A DNA stretch of 63,116 nucleotides, counting the filler, from Choristocarpus tenellus KU-1152 (Eukaryota > Protista > Phaeophyceae), in assembly GCA_964200185.2 (NCBI GenBank). It is 7 parts of 7 records of this genome, joined end to end, with 100 filler letters (N's around TTAATTAATTAA, not from the genome) between each part and the next. Parts side by side here need not be neighbours in the genome. Positions count along the whole stretch, not along the records: positions 28,246 to 40,840 come from CAXNAD020001772.1; positions 40,941 to 48,690 come from CAXNAD020005644.1; positions 48,791 to 51,764 come from CAXNAD020023238.1; positions 51,865 to 55,532 come from CAXNAD020018613.1; 3 more parts are not named here. One strand, written 5' to 3'. Positions 39,417 through 52,381 of the stretch are shown piece by piece; position 1 is the stretch's first letter, and every line of letters begins with the position of its first letter. A model generated the notes under the pieces. The model saw only the letters and a list, made by a program, of their open reading frames with translations, was not told where the DNA came from and ran no database searches. Both the position numbers and the translations under genes were made by a program.

Positions 39417-40569
39417 ATGGAGGACAAGGTCGCCGTGAAGCTTATCGCTCTGGAAGCACGCCTCCAGGAGCTATGGTGCCCCTCGACTATGGACAGTACG
39501 GATTTTGTAGTCAAACTCAAACGGATAATTACAGAGCTCGAGCAGCTGAAGGAAAAGAAGTCAGAGAACATCAAGAAGGCTTCAATATTATTGGGCATCA
39601 AGGACGCCATGCCCAACATTTTCGCACAGCTGATCACTAGACCTGATATAAGCAACGATGAGCTGAAGCAAGCAATCGTCTCCTTTTCATCATGCCTACA
39701 TTTGGACCAGGAAGGGAACGGAAACTCAACACCCCTACAAAACACAACTAGGGACCGACTCTTGGACAATCTAAGGGGGGTGACCAAGGTGCCCTGATCC
39801 TGATCAATGCACTCGCTGTCTCAAATGGGTTCATCGATGGAGAGAGAGTCGCTCGTATCTGGCAAGCAAACCACCAGCAAAACAGCCATGAGGGATGGCG
39901 CCTGCTATGCAATTTCCCTCACTACCTGCAGCTATATCGCACCCAGTCAAAGAGGATGTCAAAAGAGAAGGGATGGCAACAGGAATTAAGCACGGTCATT
40001 CTCAACCTTCAAGTTAACAACTAGCAAAGAGGTGAGGACGACCAAGTGATGCTTAGCTCATTGCGAGGCAAAGAGATTGGACTCCTATGCGACTTTCGAG
40101 CGAATAAACGTCTCACACCATACAGAGAGGACCTGGTGAACACATGAGCAACAAAGTGGGCCTGCACCTTCAGCAAGAATGGGAAGCTGGAGGTTAAGGA
40201 GACAGGGGATATGGTACTATCAACAAGCAAGAATGGGGAGTCAAGGGTAGTGCTTTGGGATGTACTTTGGGTACCTGGTATGCCATACCAAATATTGAGC
40301 ACTGGGATCCTGCAACAAGGAGGAGAATTTATGGACTCCGGATGAAGAACAAGCTACCCGGGAACTTCACGGAACAGTCCGAAGATAAATCTGGGGAAAT
40401 CAGAGGAGTTTCTTTCTACACCTCAAGGAAATACTGGAAGGAAAACAGAGTAAGACAAGTGCATCATTTGCCAGGAAGAGCCAGAAATAAGCACTTGATG
40501 ACGGGCTCAACATATAGGGGCACATCAACCCATCAGCCACAAAACATCTGGAAAAGGGTGGATTATTGA
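39417..40569 (+). mobile_element. Decayed Ty1/Copia gag-protease remnant
   Basis: UBN2/gag-like ORF 39417-39797; degenerate zinc knuckle (CLLCNFPHY) at ~39900; protease-like LCDFRANKRLTPYREDL at ~40080; frameshifted. An RT-like piece (GITIHQQLFAERI) lies on the opposite strand at 40680-40797. Confidence 0.6.
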
Positions 40570-43500
40570 AGATCACAGATGCTGCAGTGGCTTCCAAGAT
40601 GAGGTACAAGAGGTGCAAGGAGAGTACAAATCAGGGAAATTCAGGCTCCAAACGGAGGTCGAAGCCTCAAGCAGCCTGGTGAGGTGATACATACGGATCT
40701 GGCAGGAGCATTCTGCAACGATCCTCTCTGCAAACAGTTGTTGATGTATTGTGATGCCAGTCTTGTCTCTGTTGATCACCACTCCGACCAGACCCAAAGT
40801 ATCTGAGGGGGGGGGGGGGGGGCTACCCCGGAGTGTCCATNNNNNNNNNNNNNNNNNNNNNNNNNNNNNNNNNNNNNNNNNNNNTTAATTAATTAANNNN
40901 NNNNNNNNNNNNNNNNNNNNNNNNNNNNNNNNNNNNNNNNCCCACTGCTACCAACATCACCCCCCTACCCTGTTCCCTTCTAATACACCTACCGCAACGT
41001 ATGTCCCTCACGATTGAAAATTCGTAGGCGGGTTCCATCAGTCGTGCTGATGTGGCTGACTTCCTCTTGGGAGGAGTCCTTGACGATAGCTGGGCCTACA
41101 CTGGCAATGCCCCTTGCATCAGCTCTGTAGGAGGCACGAGCTGGGTGAAGGATCGTTCCAAGGCAGCACGGGGAGAAATGTAGGGTGCAATTATGCCTCC
41201 TGAGCAACCCTTGTGTAGTGTGGTAAAACATTGATAACAGGTAGAATTGGGTAAATATAAGATGGAACACAACAAGCGAGTGAACAGTGAGTGTTGGGGG
41301 ACGTGAGGTGTTGCTTTGATGACGTGGGCATGGGCTTTCACAGCGAGGCTGTCCAGGATAGAGGTTGTGGGTTGATTATGGCAATTCGTTGATTTCCTCA
41401 GAGGGTTTTGGACATTGACTGGAGTAGCATTGGTTGGTCTCAATCGGAGGGAAGGGAAGTCCTTGGGAGAGGGGAGGCTTAGAAAGTATCCTATATTGTT
41501 AACTCAGGCTAAGTTGCAGTCACTGGATAGTTGCACTGCAGTATGTTTGCCAGTGTTTGATCCTCCTGCACTTGTCAGATCTGGGGTATGCAGGTTTCAT
41601 GGACGTAAGCACGCCTACCCTGTCCCGTTTTGTCAGTGATAGGGTGCATTCATCTGCACCTTTCAACATTAATTGTGAAGTAGCTGGTGTGGATTGATTG
41701 CATAACGGTGGGGCTTGTAGAGTCCAACAAACGTGAATGCTTTTTCACTGAGCCCTGGTGCAGTATTTCCTGAAGCACGTGATGTAGCGGGGCTGAGGTC
41801 AATGCCTACTGCCTGAAACATGTGTGAAAGTCGGTGTGAAAGGACCATGGATGTGTGGGTGTACAAGTTTTTTGTTTAGTTTGTGACTGAGGTGCTGACC
41901 AGTGTGTTTTTTTTTGTTCAAGGATGGGAGGTAACTGATAGGTGTTGGCATGGCCTACAAGTATGGATACACACCGCTTCATCCTGAGGGGAATTAGATG
42001 GCACAGGTTAAGGCGAGTTATAGTTAGTGGCATTAGTGTTAGGGGGCACATACAACCTCGTGTTAGATTACACAAGGGAGATAAGGAACTGGATAATAAA
42101 GGGATTCTTACCCTACTCAGGAGTCTTGTCGGCTATATTTTTTCTCGGTGGTGTTACGCTAAATGCACCAAACGCCTTTTGGGTGTGTGAGTAGGTCCTG
42201 TGCAATGATGGTGAGCATCAAGCATGGACTCTCTTATTCATGTTCCTTTGGGCTGAAGGCGTGACCAGAAGATCTTGTCGTCAGATCATGTGAATAGTGA
42301 TTTGTTTGCTTAGGCAAGCAATTTTGTCTGCGACCTTGGTATGTGTAGATGAGTGACAGACTTTGAATGGTATCTGCACTTTGTTCTACTACAAATGTAT
42401 GTAGGACATGATAAAACAGAAAGGTAGAGTCATACTCACTCGCAACTACTGTACTAAGCAGTATGACTGGCTTCATCAAATCAGCTTGCGAATAGCTTCT
42501 CTATTTAATATGTCTGCTGCTTCGATATAGTTCGGAATAGTTTGGTGAAACCGTGTTGATCTTGGGACAAGCTCTATCGAGGAGTAATTGCTATGAACGA
42601 AATTTGGATTATTTTTATTGGCTAGCCCGATCAACACAAACACTGAAGTATCGCCAAAATTAGTGTAGGTCCTTGACTTCTCAAGCGTAATCTAAGGGTA
42701 CCACATTACTCTGTAGTGCTTGAATGATCATATCTATGACTATAGTATTACGCCATAATTGTACTTATTTTCCCTCATTACAATTGATGTTTCACCATCA
42801 TCAGTGGATATAGATTGTACTGCTCTATAGGACATTTTCCTGCCCTACTTGACCACATTTAGTGCACTTCAGACTATCTAGCACTTTCTCCATTGCTTCT
42901 TTCGTCGCAGAGGCAGGTTGTGAAAATATTTCTGTCCTTACCGAAATTTTCCTCGTTTGCTCACCAGCAGGTAAAAAAACGATTTGGCAACTGATGCCTG
43001 CCCCTCCCACTTGGCCAGACTGACTTTTGTTTGACATCATGTTGTACGCTTTGTCCATAACTTCAGAAGAAGTTGTGGGTGAGATCACTTCTGAATGAAA
43101 TTTAAACTCCTACGACTGCATGTCGGGAGCAATGGACACAAAACAATGATGGGAACAGGGTGAGGGTGTGGTACGACAAGGTGTATCTTTTCAAGAATCA
43201 ATCGAACCTTTTCGAACATCTATCTTCTACCTATCATTATTCTGTCTGTCATAGAAATTACTCCAGAGGATCCTAGAGTATATACCCTTGGTGGTCTCAA
43301 TGCAAATTGTGCATTGTGGGGATCTCAGCAGAGTGCATATATGTGATGAATCTTCTCTCCTGACACAGATAGGGGCAGAAGTTGGTTCAATGTTGGTTGC
43401 CTCTCAGACGTTTCAAGAACGGTTACGCAGCCGACCCAATCAGAAGGTGGCGATCGACCGAATCCGTTCAACTTTTGCCCTTTCATCCTTGAATTCTGCT

Positions 43501-43944
43501 ACAATTGGAGTTGCAGTGCAGCTCTGAATGATCGCACTTCTCATCAATGTATATAGAGGAAAGGGCTATTCGTGAACATCTAAATCCTTGGATCTCTAAA
43601 CCTGTAGGTGGAGGTGGGACATGGAATTGCCTGCTATTACCTCCAACCTGTGCAAATTTAGTACCAACTTTGACGTATGCACAATCCTATTACCTCGTAT
43701 TTTCGCGAAGACTCGATATCTACTTTGTTGCTCTCCTCTCTATGTATGACCTTCAATAGTAGTTTTATTCTTTGCACAACATCCTTTTTCAACAGCACGG
43801 CCATCGCTCATGTGGGGTGACAGTGATATCAGGAGAGCTCTTTACTGAAAGCTCTCTCGAACGCGAAGCACGGTATGTAAGCTTGAGCCCCACCATCTGT
43901 TAGACATTTCTGCTTCACTTGCACAAGAGCTTGACGCATGGGCG

Positions 43945-44565
43945 GTGACTGGGAAATACACAATCAAGATCTTGCTAATTTCGGACGAGAAAATGGTGGA
44001 CGTATCGTTTGGATACAAAAACCTTGAGCGTGCATCGTCAGTTATTTACATGAACGTTTTGGACAAAAAATATGAAATTGTGAAGAGGGAATCAGCCAAG
44101 TGCCAAAACCAACCTCCACAAGCACCAGTACCGAACTGGCACAAAAAAAACCTTGCTCAACCTCCCAAAAAGAAGGAAGGGTGGGTAGTCAGTAAGGAAA
44201 TGTCATGCACAGACGACACTACAGTGACAACTAGGAGTGTCAATGTCACTTGCCAAATGAGACAGGGTGACAAGGGGGCAGTTGCCGGTAATATTCAAAG
44301 GGGCTACGAGAAGGATCAGGTGCAAGATAGTGACTCCGTCAGAGTTGAGGAAAGTGCGTTGAAGTGTGACGAGCAAGGGCGACAAAATGGCAAAGCCTTT
44401 TACCAAGTTGGTAGCAAAAGTGAGAGTTGGGGAAACAAGGGGGCTGAAGCGGCATCGAAGAGAGACACAAGCAGGTCAAGACATCAACTCCCTCGCCCTA
44501 CTGGCCCACCACCTTTTGCTACTCCTCCACCCCCTTGTGAAGAACCTCCAAAGAATGTAAGGTGA
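43945..44565 (+). CDS. Hypothetical 206-codon ORF (exon or decayed element)
   Basis: Long open frame with a low-complexity Pro-rich end; no family recognised and no confident start. Confidence 0.3.
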   Translation: MTGKYTIKILLISDEKMVDVSFGYKNLERASSVIYMNVLDKKYEIVKRESAKCQNQPPQAPVPNWHKKNLAQPPKKKEGWVVSKEMSCTDDTTVTTRSVNVTCQMRQGDKGAVAGNIQRGYEKDQVQDSDSVRVEESALKCDEQGRQNGKAFYQVGSKSESWGNKGAEAASKRDTSRSRHQLPRPTGPPPFATPPPPCEEPPKNVR

Positions 44566-45821
44566 GATTGGAAGGGTTTCATGCATTATCAGAGCAATGT
44601 CACGTCGAACATGCTTTTTTTGAAGCAGTGGGTGTCGAAATTCCCAAAATTTTGCAACGTGTAAAGATGTTTTCAAGTCCAGCTGCTGTAGTTGATCTAC
44701 GTGCAGAACTAACCATCTTGTGGCCATTTGGTCCCCACAGCAAGTGCATCTGAGTCCCTCGCTGTTCCTCACCCCTCTGAACTATTCAACTTAAGGAGAA
44801 CATCTCGTCGGTCGAAGCTCGTTTCAAGGCAGGGGAGAAAGGGGGTACCAACAGCACCAGATCAGCCCGGATATCCAGACGACTAGTGAGTGATCAAGAA
44901 TGAATCCTGTAGGGGTACTGACAATCCAAGAATATTGAGATAGTCAAGAGATCCTTGATGATACACGCGTGCATACTTGTTTCCCTCCTAGATCAATATG
45001 TCGTTCTGGATCTGCCCTGGCCTCAATTTGTCCCTCCTGAAGCGGGTCCTTGCAGAAGTAGTATTGTAGCGGAATCCCGACCCTGTTGAGGTAATTGATA
45101 TTTTGTTGCTGGTCTTGTACTTTGGATGAAGATATATTTTATTAGCGTGGAAGGGCTTGTATGGGCCAATGCAGGATCAGAACACAGATCAAGTGCCAAG
45201 GAACAAATGCACATATATGTGAGTTTAATTGGCAAAGAGAAGCAATCAACCTGGAACTCAATTTCACACTTGGAGGGGGAGGTCGGAGCTTGCTTGTAAC
45301 TCGGCACTTGTGACACCTTCTCCTTGGAACCAGTAACTCTTTAACTCATGCATGGCCACAAGAGACTAGCCTCTGCATCTGAATGCTCTGGGGTTTCCAT
45401 GATGGTTGAATGACACTTGAGGAGTTTTGTTTCTGGTGGCTTTACATAGCAACTAATTCACCAGTCTACATCAGCTACTAGTTTATGCAGCAGACGCTGA
45501 TATTCATTTTCTCGATCTGAGACCGGTATTTAGAAAAGGGTATGTGCTTGTTGTGGTGCTGGTGTGGCTAGGATGTATAGTACTTCATCAACGCAAATTT
45601 TATCATTGGCATGGAAAGGGAGGGCATTACCTGTTCTTCCACCCAAACAGCCATCATCAAGTGCTCCGGCCAAGAGATGCACTGAATGCTATGTGAATAC
45701 TATGGAAGGTCTATTTGAATCATGTTGTTCTCCTGAGTTCATTATTTTTCATTGATATGATACTCGTTGATACAGTCTCACCCTTCTTTGATGCCATGAA
45801 TGTGGATGACATATCCCTACA

Positions 45822-47994
45822 GTGAGGGAGATTCGCCCCAGAGGAATGACGATTTTACACAGGGTACAATGGGTAAAGCAGACCAAGAACGGGGGTTTGG
45901 GCATCCTATTGGCACTACTCAAGAGCATGGTCCCTACCTGAGAAGTCCACGGGAGAGACTGGGCGATAGCAAAAGAATCAATGGAGATATTGAGCGTGAA
46001 ATGTTGGAAAGGTGTGAATGCAAGCTACTTGCAATATCATGTGAACTTCGAGCTTTTCCCCCTTCCTACCTGATTTTCTTCTGCAATTTATTCCACTTCC
46101 ATTGCTCCAATGCTAGACACAATCTCCCTTCCACTCTGGGAAGTGTTTTGGATCAGATCCATCATGCTGCACCTCTTCTCTTTGGGTTGGGACAGTTTCC
46201 ATGACAATATAATGTATTCTCTTCTCTCACCCCTTGACCCATGTAAAAAAATGGATGCTCCTATTGAATGTGGTGGAATCTCAAGGGGCCCATTCCAGAT
46301 GGACAGTCGCAGCTACGACAGTGGTCCTGAGGACTGGGGAGATGACAACCATTTTTCTGGTCAGGAGGATATAGAACAAATGACCAATCGTTCCATAAGT
46401 AATCGAAACGGAATTCATGCCTCACGGGCGATGCATAGTCGGGACATGGGCAGGGAGGAAGATAGCAACAGGGTCACAGATAGAGAGAGGGGTTTTCATA
46501 GAAGGGACAGAGAGAGAGTCAGCAAGAGGGACAGGTATGGGGACATGGACAGAGGAAGGCAAAGCAGCAGTGCTCACGAAAGTATGGGTAGTCGTAGTAG
46601 CAACAGTAATAGGGAAAGGAAAAAGGACGTTTACATGGATGAATCTAGGCGAATGTATAGAAACGGAGGATGGGGAAAGTTTTCCAATGATGAACTGGGC
46701 AAGGGGAGGGATAGATGCAGTAGAAAGGATGGAGGGCGAGAAGAGTCACGTGCTTGTCACCCCCAGAAGGTATGGGGCGATCATGAGGGGAGAAGCTTGA
46801 TGAAGACCAGGAGCAGCAAATTCTATTTGAACTGTGACCAACAGGCTGATCGAGATCTTTCTGACCCTCGGGATCTGGATCTGAGTGAGGATGTGGATGG
46901 AGACAGTGGAAGAGGGAACAGAAAACACACAAAAGGCCGTGATCTGTTCAGTGAGACTGGAGAGGCAGAAAGTGAAGTAGAGACTGCAAAGACGTATGGG
47001 GTCAAGGACCAGTCAGCAAGGTGAATTTAGTATAGCTACATTATAGCACTTGTAGGCTATGTACCCCACACCACACAACCAACTCAAGTCTTCTCTCTCT
47101 CCCTAGGCACAGTTGCGTTACATCCCAGATCAAGCATTTGTTTTCGAGGTTTCATGGTAAATGTCCCCTTTATTAATCATCTCTTGAGTCAAAGTATCTT
47201 AGAGGGTGGCCAAAATTCAATGTTGCGATTTTGATGTAATTTTGTCTGTTGTGTTTGTTAGGAAGTGTCAATATCCTTGTTCTGGACACACCTTTTCATA
47301 GTTTTATACATTGATAACCTACTCCAAAACATTTACACATTACCTACTTTGAAACATTTCGGAGTAGGACAATGTCATAAAACCCCCGTGGGAAGCCAAG
47401 CCCCAACGGGACAAACAGGGCAAACTGGTACCCTCTAAGATACTTTCATTCCTTGTTACATACACCTCAGCTGAACTTAGCATCTCCACTCTATGCCAAG
47501 CACGAAATTCGTGACCTACACCAAATACTTACCAAATCTCAACCCTCTATCCACCACTCTCAGCCTCTTCTCCTTGCTCAATGTGCTACTACTGTACACC
47601 ACTCAGTGGACAATTTATAAACAGCACGCCAAGAACATGCCGTGCAGAGAAGGCTAGAGTCGATCAGGATGAAAAGAGCCTCCAGAAAAGAGGTCGGAGT
47701 GAGAAGATGTCTACAAAAGCTCATGCAAGGTGCTATGACAGTGCATCAACGAAGACAATATCAGAGGAAGGAGGTAGGAAATGGTCAGGCAGTGAGGACA
47801 GCAACGATCAAGAGACAGAGGGGATTTCCAGCAATTTTGGTGGTAGTGGTGATGGTGGTGGTGTTGCTTCTGTCCTTGATGAAGAACGGAAAGGAGTGAA
47901 GGGAGTGCAATTAGGAAGTGGGGTTGACAATTCATATGACAACGCCCTCAGTACAAGGGAGCCATTGGTTGAGGGGAATGAGTTCATGGAGGCT
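45822..47994 (+). CDS. Internal exons of a hypothetical intrinsically disordered R/D/S/G-rich protein
   Basis: Candidate exons ~45822-46011, 46286-47020 and 47625-47994 join in phase with AG/GT borders; long purine-rich open frames; both ends unresolved. Confidence 0.6.
47186..47451. mobile_element. MITE family A, copy 3 (intronic)
   Basis: Same TIR and internal sequence as 11030-11272, with a small internal duplication. Confidence 0.85.
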
Positions 47995-48666
47995 GTGAGT
48001 GGATGGGGAGTACGGCAGCATAGCAATCACTCAAAGCCGACCAGTCCACTATTGATATCATATGAGAGAGGAGTCGGATCAGACATGGTATTGTGCAGGA
48101 TAGTCCGTGAGGTAAGAAGCACCAGAAACTAAAATACATTGATTTTATCAGTTTGAGGCCTTGGGATGGAATGCGCTCAGATATGAGCAGATGGCTAGCT
48201 CCAGTGTGTATTTTCAATGTTCATGTATTTTTCTCATGGAATAGGAGACCGTCCTCAGTTGTGCCAATCAAAGAAATATTGGTATTCATACCCTATTGAA
48301 AGTGGTATGTTAGGACCTCTCTCTCTACCTCCCTTGCTTGATTGAACATGGTTAGGGTTGAATCATAGTAGAATGTTGATCCACACTGGTGTGCATGGTG
48401 CTTTTCGTATCATATCACTTACTCCTCTGTCATACTATTAAAAAATTAGTAAGATGATAATGCCTATATTCTGAACTCATCTCCTTTGAGCACGATTCCA
48501 ACTTAAGGCCGGTAAGTTCGAAGTGGTCTATGCACAGAAAGTGCAAAGAAGGGCACCCAGAGTACAGTTCTATCAACAATGTTCATGAATTCAGTATTAT
48601 ACTTAAGCTGCTCACTTCGATTTGAAATCTCTTGTGATGTCCCTAACCAACACGCAGAGTATACCT

Positions 48667-48964
48667 GACCCAAAGTATCTGGGAGGGGGGNNNNNNNNNN
48701 NNNNNNNNNNNNNNNNNNNNNNNNNNNNNNNNNNTTAATTAATTAANNNNNNNNNNNNNNNNNNNNNNNNNNNNNNNNNNNNNNNNNNNNGGGGGGGGGG
48801 GGGGGGGGTGTTAGGAGTTACATCAGGGTGTCCATTTGGGACAAAATAAGGAAAAGTGCATTTACATTATCCATCCGGCGTATACAAGCAAATCACTCAA
48901 AAATAGCGACATGAAAAAATTGATCCCAAATGGACAGCCGCCATCCCCCCAGATAATTTGAGAC
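48667..48964. mobile_element. G-tract variant of the CAAAGTATCT TIR family, broken by a gap
   Basis: gacccaaagtatctggg before the gap and ccccagataatttgagac after it; the interior matches 51890-52062. Confidence 0.6.
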
Positions 48965-50443
48965 TATGTAGGTTGTATACTAACGGTGAATAATGAGAAG
49001 AATAGAAACAGTATTGCTTGGTGGTATACTGCATGCAGTACACGAGGAAGAGATAAAACGGGGGAGAAGACGACATTAAAGATCCAGAGCAAGATGATCA
49101 TCAGATGTGTATGTGATATTTTCTGGTGTATTGTTTGAATTCCTGACGTATTGTGAAGAATTATGATGATACAAGTACAGCAGGGAGTGGATGTAGGAGC
49201 AAGCATCTAGGTAATCATGCTTTGTCAGGGATTCTGATGTGTTGTTCTAATTCCTATGTGTTCCTGACACACTATGAACTTTCTTTTTTTCCAGTACACT
49301 TTAGGTAAGAGCCGAAGTAAATGCGAAGTACCCAGGAATGCATTTGAAGGATGCTGACAGACATGTGAACTCTACATTTTGTACAGATGCACATAGAAAC
49401 TTCTCTGAATTCGGTTTAAAATGTTCTAACAACAGAGAAACCGATGTTCTCAAGTCAATCTTAGCACTCCACTCATGGAAATATGGGCGAATTTGCAAAA
49501 GGGTGAAATATAGCGACTTCAGATCAAAAAGAAAACCCCCCCGAGAACCTCTCGTTTGCTTTGGATCTAACATTGTTCGATTTTTTTAAACTACCTACAT
49601 GGTCGAAAAAGGGGCTGGCTGCTGACCGATGCACCATGACCTTGGATGTGGCATAATGATTCAGGGATGGTGCAAGTTCAAGCCCCACAAACTCGTAAGC
49701 TCCCTCCCACCCGTGTGCCATTTATTGAATATTTGGAAAAATTAAATGTCTCACACATTCTACATAACCATGGTGTTCTCGACTCCTTTTTGGGACTAAG
49801 ACGGCGCGTTAAGTGAGCACTGGAATAAAGAAACTTTACTTTCTCTGGTGAAGGTGCACCCAAACCAAGGTTTGGGACAATAGGTCAAAAGGCACTTGTG
49901 CTCTGTATGGCCAAGACAAAGGTAGAGAGTTGTCACGAACTTGACTTGCTTGACCCTGCCCCAGTCCAGTCTCTGGACCCAGACCCGTCTGCCCCATCTC
50001 TGTTCCTGCTCTACCGCTCAAACTCTTCATGTCTCTGGTCGACCTATGGTGCCTCTGTTTCAGACCCAGCATTCACGCCAAACCCACCTCGGCGGCTTGG
50101 TGTAATGGTAGCTCAATATATCATTAGGTGATAATCACACGTCAAGATGTGTAGGACTTAATGAATGTTCAATATAATGTGTTAGGATTTGGATGTATCA
50201 GACAACAAAGTGATTCAATATGCGCAGGTGGGCTGATGGCTGCCGTCTTCCATCTTCATGTTTAGGGAAAAGTTTAACGTCATTTTCGATTTTGTGCATA
50301 CTCTTTTGACACGCGATTGTTGTGGCTGTGGGTAAGTTTGGTGCGGCATTCGCTGGTGTGAATATTACCAACATCAGAGTTGCTTAGGTCCTCGCAGCAG
50401 CCTTTTGATTAGTCGGACGGACTACATTGGGAAGGTACTTTCG

Positions 50444-50464
50444 AGGGTTAGGGTTAGGGTTAGG
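50444..50464 (+). repeat. Short interstitial (TTAGGG)n tract
   Basis: agggttagggttagggttagg. Confidence 0.65.
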
Positions 50465-50864
50465 CTCCTCCCTAATCCGCCTCAACATACTGAAATGCTG
50501 CGATGAGGGTTATAAACCACTCCGACATCGTTAATCTTGATTACTCCCAGTTAGGTACTATCGATACTATAAATAGTAGGGCTGTGAACCGATGGTTAAA
50601 TTCAACCAGCTAGAAATGTTTCAGTTTATTCTATTGAACAAATAGGCATGAGGATACGCGCGCAAAAAGCACGTAGATTGCCGAGTGGCGTGTTGCGTCG
50701 CGAGACAATAGACTCTAAGGCCTCCACAGGTCTCATCACGCAGATTCGAGTTCGGAAGCCATGAATGAGTTGTGACTAGAAACCTTGCGACAAGTACATG
50801 GTTCTGTGACCTCTGGCATATCCGATCCCACTTTATTTGTATTGCAATAAAAAAAATCAATTAA

Positions 50865-51700
50865 CCAACCTTCCAGCCCCTGTGGAGGACTTGATGAGAA
50901 TTATTGCTCCAGACCGGGTAGACTGGGCAGGAACAACAATCCCTGACCTCATCCCATAGATCTACACTATGGCAACTCATGATGCCAAGATTACTAGGAG
51001 GGCACAGCATAAAAATTACCAGCCCTTTGAACAGGATTCGATTTGACTCCTTTGGAATTCCATCTGGACAACATTCTGGATGATGTAGAGGAGCAAAGGG
51101 AGGAAGGATCCTTCGCTACTGCTAGCTCACCACTGGAGCGAGAGTGGGCAAGGGGCCAACGCATGGGCCTCCACACAATCCTTATAGCCAGCAAGCTGGA
51201 TCCACAGGTCACACTCACAAGCAGATCTATAGGGAGGAAGGAGACCCTATCCAAGAGGTGCCCAGTGGACGGGTGCAGGAGGTACATTATCAACTCCCGA
51301 CATGACTGCACCTGCCTTAGGGCAGGAGGATAAGTACGCCAGCACACGCACATACATGGTGAAACGACTAGGCTTACTCTGCAAGGGAATGGGCATTCCT
51401 TACACTATGGATGACGGCAACCATTTTACAGTGGAGTGGAACTTCGGCATGGATGTGATAATCTGTCCTGAGCCACTTTTAGATACTGACTCAGTTCCCT
51501 ACCTGGACAAAGGCCTCCTTCTGCATGTTGCTTTTGCAGAGGTTCAACCAGTCTGTTCCTTACCACACTTATCCAATGGTGTAGCTGCTGCTGCAGTGAG
51601 GAGTGAAAGTGCACCCTCTACGAAGAATCTTTTTTGATCCTCATGGTATCAATATCAACAGCTCTGCTGTGGAACATTTGGGGCTGAGGGTTATTGTTAC
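50865..51700 (+). pseudogene. Decayed RLE-type non-LTR retrotransposon C-terminal region
   Basis: CCHC-like CPVDGC..RHDCTC, then GMDVII..DKGLLLHVAFAEVQ..GVAAAAVRSE, resembling the RLE domain; frameshifts and stops. Confidence 0.6.
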
Positions 51701-51886
51701 AGGCGCCCCTCAATGCTCACCTTTCCAGGATGTACAAGTCAAATCCAATTCACAGATTAACGCANNNNNNNNNNNNNNNNNNNNNNNNNNNNNNNNNNNN
51801 NNNNNNNNTTAATTAATTAANNNNNNNNNNNNNNNNNNNNNNNNNNNNNNNNNNNNNNNNNNNNCGACATTGCATGTGTATATTTT

Positions 51887-52063
51887 GACTAGATCATCTA
51901 GGGGAGGGGGGGGTCTACACCAGGGTGTCCACTTGGGCCCTAGCTAGGAGAGGTCCAGTTACGCTATCCATCCGACACATGCAACCAAATCACGCAAAAA
52001 TTGCAACATGGAAAAATGGGCCCCAAATAGACAGCTGGTACACCTCCCCAGATACTTCAAGCC
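51887..52063. mobile_element. Diverged G-tract variant of the CAAAGTATCT TIR family
   Basis: The interior (cagggtgtcca..tatccatcc..aaatcac..) matches 48820-48960; right end ccccagatacttcaagcc. Confidence 0.65.
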
Positions 52064-52381
52064 TTTTTACGCCAATCAATGTACTCTTGGTACTCTGCAC
52101 GTAGTTGATGGAAGGAATGCCACTTTTTCGTTATCCATATTATCAATGCTTGACTGCAAAAACGAGTTATGCTTGTGCTGTACCCTGTTTCAGCTTTGTA
52201 AGGTACTCTTTCCCTTAAATACTCTTAAGCTCCTACATTTGAAAGAGTCGTTATTATTGTCTGACCCAACAAAAGAAGATATAAAATGAATATAATCCTG
52301 GTTGGTATGACAAGGCTGTGTACCATACAGAAAAAATACCAATTTTGTTGTCTATTTTTTACTGCAACCCTGTCCCTCAGA

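Noticed and set aside
40921-42200. Possible LINE endonuclease remnant (FVGLYKPH)
   Set aside because: Only one weak motif, in fragmented frames.
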